Below, piece after piece: positions 1 through 8,236 of a stretch of DNA of 64,000 bases; within the stretch, counting starts at the first letter, position 1; every line of letters starts with the position of its first letter. Source of the DNA: Macrostomum lignano. Taxonomy: Eukaryota. The position numbers and the translations under genes are program-made. The stretch lies in the NCBI GenBank assembly GCA_002269645.1, contig NIVC01000642.1, forward strand, positions 62,001 to 126,000, in the 5' to 3' direction. The notes beneath the pieces are model-generated. The model had not been told where the DNA came from, did not search any database, and saw nothing but the letters and a program-made list of their open reading frames with translations.

Positions 1-750
1 CGGATCAGAGTTGCCTGGGGAATTATCGCACGATGGGAATTTCTAATAGCTAATAGGGAATGATTTCATGGGGAAGAATTCACTTAATGGAATCGCTAAA
101 AGAAAAGGGGGGGCTGAGATTTCTAATAGTTAAACTTCAAAGTAGGGGAACGAAATACCGAGTCAGTTGGGAGTTAGAGTTGGGCCAGATAACTGGGCGA
201 CAGTAGGTCTGGGTAGGGAGTTGGCTGAACTCCAGGTCAAATTCTGGGGTCTGGGGGGTTAGGAAAGGAAGAGAGACAAAGCTCTTGTTCACTGGGGAAG
301 GGGGTGAGGTAATTACTGCGCGTGTCTGCGGGGTTGAAGGGGGGAGAGGCTGTACGCTTATAGCTGAACAGATCCTTCTTGGGGAGAGGGGAGAGGCTGT
401 ATGCTTTGGCTGAACAGACCTTGGGACAAGGGCTGAGCGCCTAAAGAAGGAACAGTGAGTCAGGCAATGCCCAATTAAAACCTTTGCTAGACTATAGAAA
501 GTGCTAGACGAGGAGTATGCTCTCCTGTCAATTATTGCGCTTATATTTATATGTTTTTCAGCAAAAATGGCGGACATAGCTAAACAAAATTTCCACTAAG
601 TAACAGATTTACTAGTACTAATGGCAAGTGAGTATTTATGGCTAAGAAAATAATATTTTATGCTTATAGATGTCAAGTTTTTTATCAGGAACAAAATTTG
701 TGCGTAAAGAAAGGCAACGTGAATACAGTTATTATTAAGCACCCGCCACA
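1..750 (-). repeat. 3' LTR (partial; U5 end lies outside the window)
   Basis: Matches 8380-9126 except, by eye, one substitution (580 vs 8956) and three 1-nt G-run indels. Begins TGTGGCGGG on the minus strand at 750. Confidence 0.95.
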
Positions 751-753
751 ATT

Positions 754-763
754 GGCCTTCCTG
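754..763 (-). promoter_or_regulatory. Putative short polypurine tract (plus-strand primer)
   Basis: Minus-strand CAGGAAGGCC, then AAT, then the TG of the 3' LTR. Position fits, but the tract is short and impure. Confidence 0.5.
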
Positions 764-892
764 AAATAAATTTTTAAAATGAATTTTAATGAGTGCAAAA
801 ATTTATACGATTAGGAAAAGAAAAGAAAAAGAAAAAACTACATTATTGCAAAAAATACGAATTTGACTGTTCAGTTTTATACGCATTTCAGT

Positions 893-1846
893 TCACATAA
901 AACGAAATTCCTCCGGCAGTCGAGTCGGATATGGCCAGCGGCACTTGTAGCCGAGCCACTGCACTTCGTTGACCACGTTGTCGGTGTTGTACACTCGCTG
1001 CTCACGGTTTAGATCATTTAGCGCATAGACCGTGGCACGGCGCCAGGCGGCAATGGCTTGGTTCGGCTGCATCAGCCGTAGTGCTCGCAGAGCGGGTCGT
1101 ACATCTTCGCGCTGCGGAAAGTCGCGGCCGTCGGGCTTAAAGTGGGCCACACGAACCAAGTATAGCTTAAGTGTCGTCACGTGGTGTCGGTACTCGACTC
1201 GTCGAAAATCAGGCAGGTTGGCGATGATGTGATTGTAATTCTCGCCTAAGTCTTGGGGCTGCTGGAGCTGAGCTCGCGGGACTGGGTTGGCCATGAGAGG
1301 CGGGATCTCGATCTCGAGTGGCTCTACCTTGACCGTCGGGTTGGCCGCAAACCTAGGCCTGTGTTGATGCTGCGGTCTCATGCTGTAGTTGTCCGGCGGC
1401 TTTACAAGCGGCGAGCGGGAACGCTCTCGGGATTCTACGGAAGATGTAGAAGCTGTGGGTCCTCGGGGTTCGCTGGAAGATGTTGATGGCGTGGGGCCAG
1501 CTCGGGGGCCAAGGCGACCGGCCTTTACAAGCGGCGGAGCCTCTTTGAGCGATATTACCTTCGAGCGCTTGCCACCGGGAGGCTGGCGTTGGACAGCTTC
1601 AGAATTGATAGGTACCGGTGTTTCTGACTGTTTCTGCAGCAGCTGAATACGCCCTTTGGGTGTATTGCTGTCTGTCGGGGGCGGCTTGGTGACTACTGAA
1701 GCCAATTTCGGCTTTGGGCCAGGTGGATTGGGTCTAGTGGCCTTTCTAACGGGTGCTGGCAGTTCGTTTTCATCATCGAACTCATTATCTTCGCTATCGC
1801 TTAGGGACAGTTCGTCTTGTAGGCGTTGGAGATCTTCAGAATTCAT
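893..1846 (-). CDS. Extra ORF3 of the retrotransposon, 317 aa, unknown function, not env-like
   Basis: ATG-initiated intact ORF between pol and the 3' LTR, same strand as pol. Acidic N-terminus, Pro-rich middle, ~110-aa complex C-terminal region. No signal peptide or TM segment visible. Confidence 0.8.
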   Translation of the reverse strand: MNSEDLQRLQDELSLSDSEDNEFDDENELPAPVRKATRPNPPGPKPKLASVVTKPPPTDSNTPKGRIQLLQKQSETPVPINSEAVQRQPPGGKRSKVISLKEAPPLVKAGRLGPRAGPTPSTSSSEPRGPTASTSSVESRERSRSPLVKPPDNYSMRPQHQHRPRFAANPTVKVEPLEIEIPPLMANPVPRAQLQQPQDLGENYNHIIANLPDFRRVEYRHHVTTLKLYLVRVAHFKPDGRDFPQREDVRPALRALRLMQPNQAIAAWRRATVYALNDLNREQRVYNTDNVVNEVQWLGYKCRWPYPTRLPEEFRFM

Positions 1847-2155
1847 AGAGGTGGTTTGCAGGACTTAATCAATTCAATAGAGGGAGAGAGATAAAAGTCA
1901 AGTTGACAGTTAGCGTTGTGTAACCAAAAAGCTTTTGTAATTATGATCCTCCTAAGTCTGTTATCTGATACTTCTTTGTTTTCGTAACCCACCTCAATTT
2001 CTGTGTTCTTTGTGCTCTCATTTTTCTCTGGATCGATAAATTGAGGGGTTCTTTGTGCATAGCTAGGGTCTGGGCGGGGGCTTCTTTTGTTCAAATTTTG
2101 GGGTCTGTTGGACGAATGGGGACGGCGAGGGAGGGGTAGGAAGGTGTAGACGGGC

Positions 2156-5100
2156 TTAAAACTCTAGATTGCGCAAGAATCTTATTGCTAATAGTAGTCT
2201 GTCTAGATGGCAGTTGCAACGCTGTTTATTCTGGGGTGGGGGCCTTAAATTGTAGGGGTGACGGCGCGGGGGTTCGGGATCTCGCGGGGCAGAAGAGGGG
2301 GGTTGGAGCTGAGGGGGTTGGGGCTGAGGGATCTCTTCGTTTGGGGCCTCACTCTCTGACTCATCGATCATTTCATTCTCTTCCTCTGTCTGGGCTTCAC
2401 TCCATTCTTCTGGCTGGATTTCCTCTTCTAACTCTTCGTTCTCTGCTTCTCTAATTTGGCATCTCCAATTAATTTCTTCTTCATCGGATTCTTCTTCAGA
2501 CTCAACTGGTTCGGGCAAGATTAATTTTTGGGGACTTCGGCGGGGTTGGCCTTCCTTTATTACAGGTTGTCTCTTAGGTTTAGTAGAGGCGGGAATTGGA
2601 GCGGGAATAGGGGCGGAATTAGGGGCGGAATCAGGGGCATCTCGCTGGCCTTCCTTAGTGATTTGCTCTACGGTTGAATTGGGAATTGGAGCTAAATTGT
2701 CTCGATGCACAAGCATTTCTTTTCCTACTAATTTTCCTTCTTCTTCTTTCTGGACTTTGAAAACCACTTTTGATAATTGCGCTAAAACTCTAAAGGCGGA
2801 TCTCTTCTTTCGGTGAAACTTGTGGGATTCTTCGCTATCTAACTGGGGGTTATTAATTAGAACTAAACAACCTATAGGGATTCTAGGGGGTAGCTTATTA
2901 GTTTCAGCGGCGACTTGTCTTTTCTCTACTACTTTTTCCAATTTCTTCTTGACTATTTTATGGGCTTCCTCTAATCTTTCGGCATGTTTGGTGATGTAGG
3001 CGGGATAGTCTGCGTGTTCGGCTGCGCTTCTAATCTGGGTGTCTAGAGGTAAGGTGGCTTCTCTGCCAAATAATAGGAAGTGAGGGGAAAAACCTGTGGT
3101 TGAATTGGGGCTGGTGCGGACTGCTACTAAGGCTGCGGGAATTAGTAAGTCCCAATCACCATGATCCTTATTGATCAGACAGGTGATGATTGACTTGACT
3201 TGCTTATTGAAACGTTCAACTAGTCCGTTAGATTGGGCATGATAGGGGGTAGTGAAGGTGTGGCGAATATTATATAATTCACAAAATGCCTTAAACTGTT
3301 TACTAGCAAAGGTTTTTCCATTGTCCGTGTGAATCCAGGTTGGCTGTCCATACTCTGCTACTATTCGCTCGAGTAGTATCTTAATAACTGTGTCTGACTT
3401 TTGGTTTCTAATGGGAAAAGCGAAGGGGTATCTAGTTGTACTATCAACAACTGTCAGGACATATTTATGACCTCGTTTGCTTTCTTTAGATATTGGGCCA
3501 ATAATGTCTATATGCAGGCGGCTAAATGCTTCACCAATGGGTAATGACTGGACTGGGGCCTGGACAAAGTGTCCTTTCTTGCTCTCGAGACAGGGGATGC
3601 ACTCAGCAATCAACTGCTCAACTGAGGTACTCAATCCGGGTCGCCAAAATCTTTCTCGGATTCTCTGGAGCGTCTTATCTCTTCCTAGATGTCCTGCGAG
3701 GGGGCTGCAGTGAAGGTCAATAAAGACTGCTTTATCTAAGGATGGGGGCAAAACTACTTTGTCCTTTTCGCCTTCGGTGATTATTAATAATTCGTTATCG
3801 ATTTTCATCAGTGCATAATGCTTACTGATCTTTTCTGGCACGTCCGGTGATTTGGGAAATTGGCTCAATTTCTGGGCTTTAGCTTCTAATAGAGCTTTAA
3901 TGATGGGGTCAGCGACTTGGGCTTCTATAATCTGTTCTTTCTTCAGAGGGCTGGGAAGATAATCAGTTAATAGTTTTTCACACTTTCCTGTTTCTTCTTC
4001 TCTTTCATCTACTTCTCTACCTGAGACATTCAGCTGTATCCTAGATTCGGAACATTCAGGCTGGGTCTCGCTTTCTATCAGAGCTTCAGGTGACTGGGAC
4101 ATGGGGTTGTCCTTAGTTTCAGCGGGAGCACTCTCATCTCTCAGGGGAACAGGGGTCAATTTCTCAACTTTCTCAGGGATTGGCTCAATTTTCTCAGGAA
4201 TCGCTTCAGGTACTTCAGGGGTTTCAAGGATCGCTTCAGCAGGCTCAGTGGCTGCGTCAGGGACTTCGGAAACTTCAGGTGCTGTTTCAGCAAGTTCAGG
4301 GGCTGCTTCAGGGGATACTTCAGGGGCTTCAGCTATCTCAGCTGGTCTTCTCGACAATCCGTCGGCATTGGAATGTTTTGCGCCGCTTCTGTGTTCAATG
4401 TCGAACCTGAATTCATTCAGACGCTCTATCCATCTACCTAGGATTCCGGTTGCTTCAGTTTGTCCCATGAGCCAAATTATCGCTTTATGATCAGTTCGGG
4501 CTAAGAATTTCTTGCCGATCAGATAAAATCTGAAATGCCTCATAGCGTCGACAAGGGCTAACAATTCTTTCCGGGTAATGGGGTATCGCTTCTCAGATTC
4601 CTTCATCGCTCTACTAAAATAGGCTATTGGTCGCTCTATGCCATCACTCTGGATTTGGCCAAGGCATGCGCCAATCCTGTCGTCACTGGCATCTGTGTCG
4701 AGCACCATTTTCACATTTTCATCTTCGACATATTCGGGGTAGGCTAACACTTCAGTGGACATCATTCGCTGCTTCAGGGACTCAAAGGCTTCGTCATGCA
4801 CTTTGCTCCACTTAGATTGGAAATTCTGAACTCCTTTTCGGGTCAATTGAAATAGGGGGTGAGCCACTTCGGCATAATTTTTCACGAATCGGCAATAATA
4901 ATTGCATAGGCCAAGAAAACTGCGTAGTTCCTTTACGTCTTTGGGACGGGGCCAAGTTTTGATAGCTTCTATTTTGGCTTCATCTGTTCTGATGCCTTTT
5001 CGGCCAATCACGTGTCCTAGATATTTCAACTCGTGATGGAAAAGATTGCACTTTTTGGGTCTCAACTTCAGACCTGCGGCAATTAATCGCTTAAACACTT

Positions 5101-7000
5101 CTCTTAAGTGCTCTAAATGGTCGGCAAAAGTTTGGGAGTAGGCTATTATGTCATCGATATAGGACATGGCGAACTTATGTTGAATTCCTAATAATACTAA
5201 GTTCATTAATCGTTGGAAGGTTCCGGGGGCATTGGAAAGTCCTTGGGCCATTACTTGGTATTCAAATTGGCCTCTAGTTAGGGTGGAGAAGGCGGTTCTA
5301 TGCTTATCTTCTTCTTTGATGGGGACTTGCCAGTATCCTGAGTTTAAATCAAGGCTGCTAAAGTATTGGCTACCAGTCAGGTGGGAGAAGGTCTCTTGGA
5401 TATTGGGGAGGGGGTAGGGGTAATAATTAACTCTTGAGTTGAGCACTCGGAAATCGCTCACGATTCTGATAGAACCGTCTTTCTTGGGGACAATTACTAG
5501 GGGAGTGGAGTAAGTCGAATAACAGGGTCTAATTAAGTTTTTGGCTAACATATCGTCTAATTGGGCGTCAACTTGCTTTTGCAAGTGTGGGGGGATGCGT
5601 CTAGCTGGGATTCTAACGGGGGTGGGGTCTTTGATGGAGATTTCGTGGGTTACTAAGTGTGTCAGGCCCATGTCTAATTCGTTCTGGGAAAAGGCTTCAC
5701 GGTTTTCTTTCATAAGATCGATGACTGCTTTTCGCTGTTCATCCGACAGTTCAGGGCCAAGACTCACTTCATTAATCCAGGAATCTTCAGTACATTGAGT
5801 CTGGTTGACTTTCGCAGGGGGTTGGGAGTTGGGAGTTGGGGTTTGCCAATAGGTTAAGTCTTTAGCCTTCATGGGTCTGGCTAGGCCAATTAGGGAGGTT
5901 TTAGTTAGATTCACGTCTACTGGGTGACGGTTAATAATTTCGACAATTCCTTTGCCTTCTTTCATGGTTACTAGGGTTGGAACCATTTCTAGGGAGAAAT
6001 CACGGGTTCGGATAGTATCGCCAATGGCTTCAATGGTCATGGGGGTGCCGTAATTCGATTCACAATTCTTGGCTAACTTCACGGGTATTCGGAGGGCACT
6101 ATTAGCTGGAATGATTGCTCTTTCTTGAGTATAGACTCGGCAAACTTTCACGGGGAGGCGGGTATACTGCATGGGTATACAGGTACCTTCGTTAAGCACT
6201 AGCATTCCTTTGGCTAGCTGAATGCTTTCGCATTGGGATAGGAAAAATTCCATTCCTAAGATATTATCGCAATCGTGTCGGCATAGGAGGAAGTCTACTT
6301 CGATTTGGATATCACCAAACTTCACTTGGGCGGATACTTCTCCTTCTAATTGAACTGGGGTACCGTCAAATGTACTGATGCTTTTGCTAGTGTCTCGGAT
6401 TTGATCGGCACGGAATAGCTTAGACCAGGTTGAGCGGCTCAGGAAATTATTTCTGGCGCCTGTGTCTAGCAAGAAATCAATCGATTCTTTCTGGATATCG
6501 CCGACAATTACAGCTTCATAACCTTCTAGCTTGGTCAGGTCGATTCGGGATGGGGAATTGGGTTTTGGCTTTTGTCGCTTCTTTGAGCGGGTTTCAGCAC
6601 TGGATAGAGCATTATTGACTTCAATCGCATGGGATACATGGGGTGCAAGCGCAGTGGGTACATGGGGTGCGGACGCATAAGCTTTGGTCGCATTGGTTAC
6701 ATGAGAGGCGGTCGCATGGGGGGAATTGTACACATGGGGGTCATGGGGGGCATTTGGCATGGCATCGTCGGCATCATCAAAGGCAAGAAGTGAGAAATTA
6801 TTGGGGGAGACAAATATCGCGTTATTTACAGGCATTGGCTGTACATGGGAGGTTTTGCGGGGATAGCGGAAACCGTACTGGGGAGGTTGCCGGTATTTTG
6901 GTTGGGGGGCATTTTTGAATGATGGGGAGGCCGGAGAATAAGCAATATTTTGGCCTGAGGGGCGTGGCCTCTTAACTCGACCCTGGCTTCTCAGTTTCCC
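2156..7000 (-). CDS. pol: Pol polyprotein (aspartic protease, RT, RNase H, integrase), probably made as Gag-Pol by -1 frameshift
   Basis: Motifs FLLDTGA (protease), YIDD (RT), LDTDAS (RNase H), H-x4-GH..C-x2-C, HIDIIGP, HTDNG, NGLVERFN (integrase). Frame is open from 7012 and overlaps the gag stop. First ATG is at 6835. Confidence 0.97.
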   Translation of the reverse strand, partial: GKLRSQGRVKRPRPSGQNIAYSPASPSFKNAPQPKYRQPPQYGFRYPRKTSHVQPMPVNNAIFVSPNNFSLLAFDDADDAMPNAPHDPHVYNSPHATASHVTNATKAYASAPHVPTALAPHVSHAIEVNNALSSAETRSKKRQKPKPNSPSRIDLTKLEGYEAVIVGDIQKESIDFLLDTGARNNFLSRSTWSKLFRADQIRDTSKSISTFDGTPVQLEGEVSAQVKFGDIQIEVDFLLCRHDCDNILGMEFFLSQCESIQLAKGMLVLNEGTCIPMQYTRLPVKVCRVYTQERAIIPANSALRIPVKLAKNCESNYGTPMTIEAIGDTIRTRDFSLEMVPTLVTMKEGKGIVEIINRHPVDVNLTKTSLIGLARPMKAKDLTYWQTPTPNSQPPAKVNQTQCTEDSWINEVSLGPELSDEQRKAVIDLMKENREAFSQNELDMGLTHLVTHEISIKDPTPVRIPARRIPPHLQKQVDAQLDDMLAKNLIRPCYSTYSTPLVIVPKKDGSIRIVSDFRVLNSRVNYYPYPLPNIQETFSHLTGSQYFSSLDLNSGYWQVPIKEEDKHRTAFSTLTRGQFEYQVMAQGLSNAPGTFQRLMNLVLLGIQHKFAMSYIDDIIAYSQTFADHLEHLREVFKRLIAAGLKLRPKKCNLFHHELKYLGHVIGRKGIRTDEAKIEAIKTWPRPKDVKELRSFLGLCNYYCRFVKNYAEVAHPLFQLTRKGVQNFQSKWSKVHDEAFESLKQRMMSTEVLAYPEYVEDENVKMVLDTDASDDRIGACLGQIQSDGIERPIAYFSRAMKESEKRYPITRKELLALVDAMRHFRFYLIGKKFLARTDHKAIIWLMGQTEATGILGRWIERLNEFRFDIEHRSGAKHSNADGLSRRPAEIAEAPEVSPEAAPELAETAPEVSEVPDAATEPAEAILETPEVPEAIPEKIEPIPEKVEKLTPVPLRDESAPAETKDNPMSQSPEALIESETQPECSESRIQLNVSGREVDEREEETGKCEKLLTDYLPSPLKKEQIIEAQVADPIIKALLEAKAQKLSQFPKSPDVPEKISKHYALMKIDNELLIITEGEKDKVVLPPSLDKAVFIDLHCSPLAGHLGRDKTLQRIRERFWRPGLSTSVEQLIAECIPCLESKKGHFVQAPVQSLPIGEAFSRLHIDIIGPISKESKRGHKYVLTVVDSTTRYPFAFPIRNQKSDTVIKILLERIVAEYGQPTWIHTDNGKTFASKQFKAFCELYNIRHTFTTPYHAQSNGLVERFNKQVKSIITCLINKDHGDWDLLIPAALVAVRTSPNSTTGFSPHFLLFGREATLPLDTQIRSAAEHADYPAYITKHAERLEEAHKIVKKKLEKVVEKRQVAAETNKLPPRIPIGCLVLINNPQLDSEESHKFHRKKRSAFRVLAQLSKVVFKVQKEEEGKLVGKEMLVHRDNLAPIPNSTVEQITKEGQRDAPDSAPNSAPIPAPIPASTKPKRQPVIKEGQPRRSPQKLILPEPVESEEESDEEEINWRCQIREAENEELEEEIQPEEWSEAQTEEENEMIDESESEAPNEEIPQPQPPQLQPPSSAPRDPEPPRRHPYNLRPPPQNKQRCNCHLDRLLLAIRFLRNLEF

Positions 7001-7989
7001 GACTTCTGGGAGTCACGGGGGTTACGGAACTTCAGCGGCTCATATCTTGGGTTAGGGGGCTGACGCTCATTCCTTCTTGGGGGTTCACGCCTTGGCGGTT
7101 GGTTCATCAGCTGCTGGGGTGGCTGCCTGAACTGCTGCTGAGGTTGCGGCCTGTACTGCTGCTGGGGTGGCTGTCTGTACAGCTGAGGGTTTGGTTGCCT
7201 GTACTGCTGAACAGGTGGCTGCCTATACTGTTGCTGGGGGAACACCTGAGATGGCGGGGCGCATTGCGCTGTTTCGGCCAGTTGTTTCTGCAGGTTCTGA
7301 ATAAGCCTTTCTTGGCGGTCAATCTTAGTCTGCTGGTCAATGATCAACTGATCGGTTCTGACCTTGTGCTCCTCTTTCTCATCCTTGGTCACTCTAATTC
7401 CTCCTTTGTGGGACATCTGATAAGCAGCTTCAATTCTGCGCAGCATTCTGCGGGCGGCTTGGAGACTAGCAGGTTGGGCAAAAATTAGCTTTTCACGGGT
7501 GTCGGGAGGGGTTCTCACACCTTTAATGAACTGCTCAACCAGTTCTTCCTCTCTCTGCTCAGCATCCATGTTCAGGAATGCGCGGGAGGCTAATTCGATC
7601 AGGGCATCGGCAAAGCTGTCAGTGGATTCGTTTCTGCCTTGGCAGCGATTCCTAAACTCTTCGCGAAATTCGGCGGAGCTACCTACTTTTCCAAATCTTT
7701 CGATCAGTCTCTCTTTGAATTCTTCATAGGGGAGATTAGCTGGGAGGTTGAGGCGTTGAACTGCTGCAAACGCAGTGCTTAGATCTAAGTTGGTCAATAA
7801 TTCCTGCTTTCGGTTTTCCTCATCTATTCCTTCATTTTCACATCTTTGGTCAAATGCGGTAAGCCAGATTCTGATATCTTGGCTGGGGAGGTATTTCTGG
7901 ATTTTCACATGTCTAAGGGGGCCTAATTCGAGTCGGTTGCGGAGCTCTTCGGCTAAGAGCGCAAGGGCTTCATTGATTCCTGCGGCCAT
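6991..7989 (-). CDS. gag: Gag (capsid-like region plus Gln/Pro/Arg-rich tail, no CCHC knuckle), 332 aa
   Basis: ATG at 7989, just 3' of the PBS. Retrotransposon capsid-like stretch (WLTAFDQRC...YEEFKERLIERF...FRNRCQGRNESTDSFADALIELASRAF...EQFIKG). Confidence 0.92.
   Translation of the reverse strand: MAAGINEALALLAEELRNRLELGPLRHVKIQKYLPSQDIRIWLTAFDQRCENEGIDEENRKQELLTNLDLSTAFAAVQRLNLPANLPYEEFKERLIERFGKVGSSAEFREEFRNRCQGRNESTDSFADALIELASRAFLNMDAEQREEELVEQFIKGVRTPPDTREKLIFAQPASLQAARRMLRRIEAAYQMSHKGGIRVTKDEKEEHKVRTDQLIIDQQTKIDRQERLIQNLQKQLAETAQCAPPSQVFPQQQYRQPPVQQYRQPNPQLYRQPPQQQYRPQPQQQFRQPPQQLMNQPPRREPPRRNERQPPNPRYEPLKFRNPRDSQKSGN
6994..7000 (-). promoter_or_regulatory. -1 ribosomal frameshift slippery heptamer G GGA AAC
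   Basis: X XXY YYZ heptamer in the gag frame, immediately before the gag TGA. The -1 frame is pol. A GC-rich possible stem (GCCAGGG...CCCTCAGGC) follows 6 nt later. Confidence 0.85.
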
Positions 7990-8055
7990 TATACTTCAGG
8001 GATTGGGATGGGAAATTAGGCTGGGGTTGCGCGTTTCTCCAGATTCTGATCCTTT

Positions 8056-8068
8056 ACCGCTGCCACCA
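8056..8068 (-). promoter_or_regulatory. Primer-binding site, tRNA-Leu (innermost of four modules)
   Basis: TGGTGGCAGCGGT is complementary to the 3' end of metazoan tRNA-Leu(AAG/UAG), ...ACCGCUGCCA-CCA. It lies 4 nt after TACAACA. Confidence 0.85.
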
Positions 8069-8236
8069 AATTTGTTGTAGGGCTGTTTATTATTAAGAAA
8101 ATCCCACCGCTGTTAACAAAATCTGTTATAGGGTAAACTTTCGCCTGTGGTTTAATCACAACGCTGCTACCAATTTGTTACAGGGGTCTTGGGGAAGGGA
8201 AATTATTCTATGCTGACACCAAATCTGTTATGGGGA
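8056..8236 (-). repeat. Array of four att(CA)+PBS-like modules, period 50-52 nt
   Basis: CCC(C/T)RYAACA + 3-5 nt + TGGT..CAG motif, with the CA at 8227/8226, 8177/8176, 8125/8124 and 8074/8073. Spacers are unrelated to each other. Confidence 0.8.

Noticed and set aside
137-577. 146-aa ORF inside the 3' LTR (87 aa in the 5' LTR)
   Set aside because: It starts upstream of the LTR TATA, is Pro/Ser-rich as expected from a C-rich strand, and differs between LTRs by G-run indels. No recognisable domain.
1032-7729. Plus-strand ORFs antisense to gag, pol and ORF3
   Set aside because: Typical shadow frames of coding sequence; mostly non-ATG starts, no motifs.
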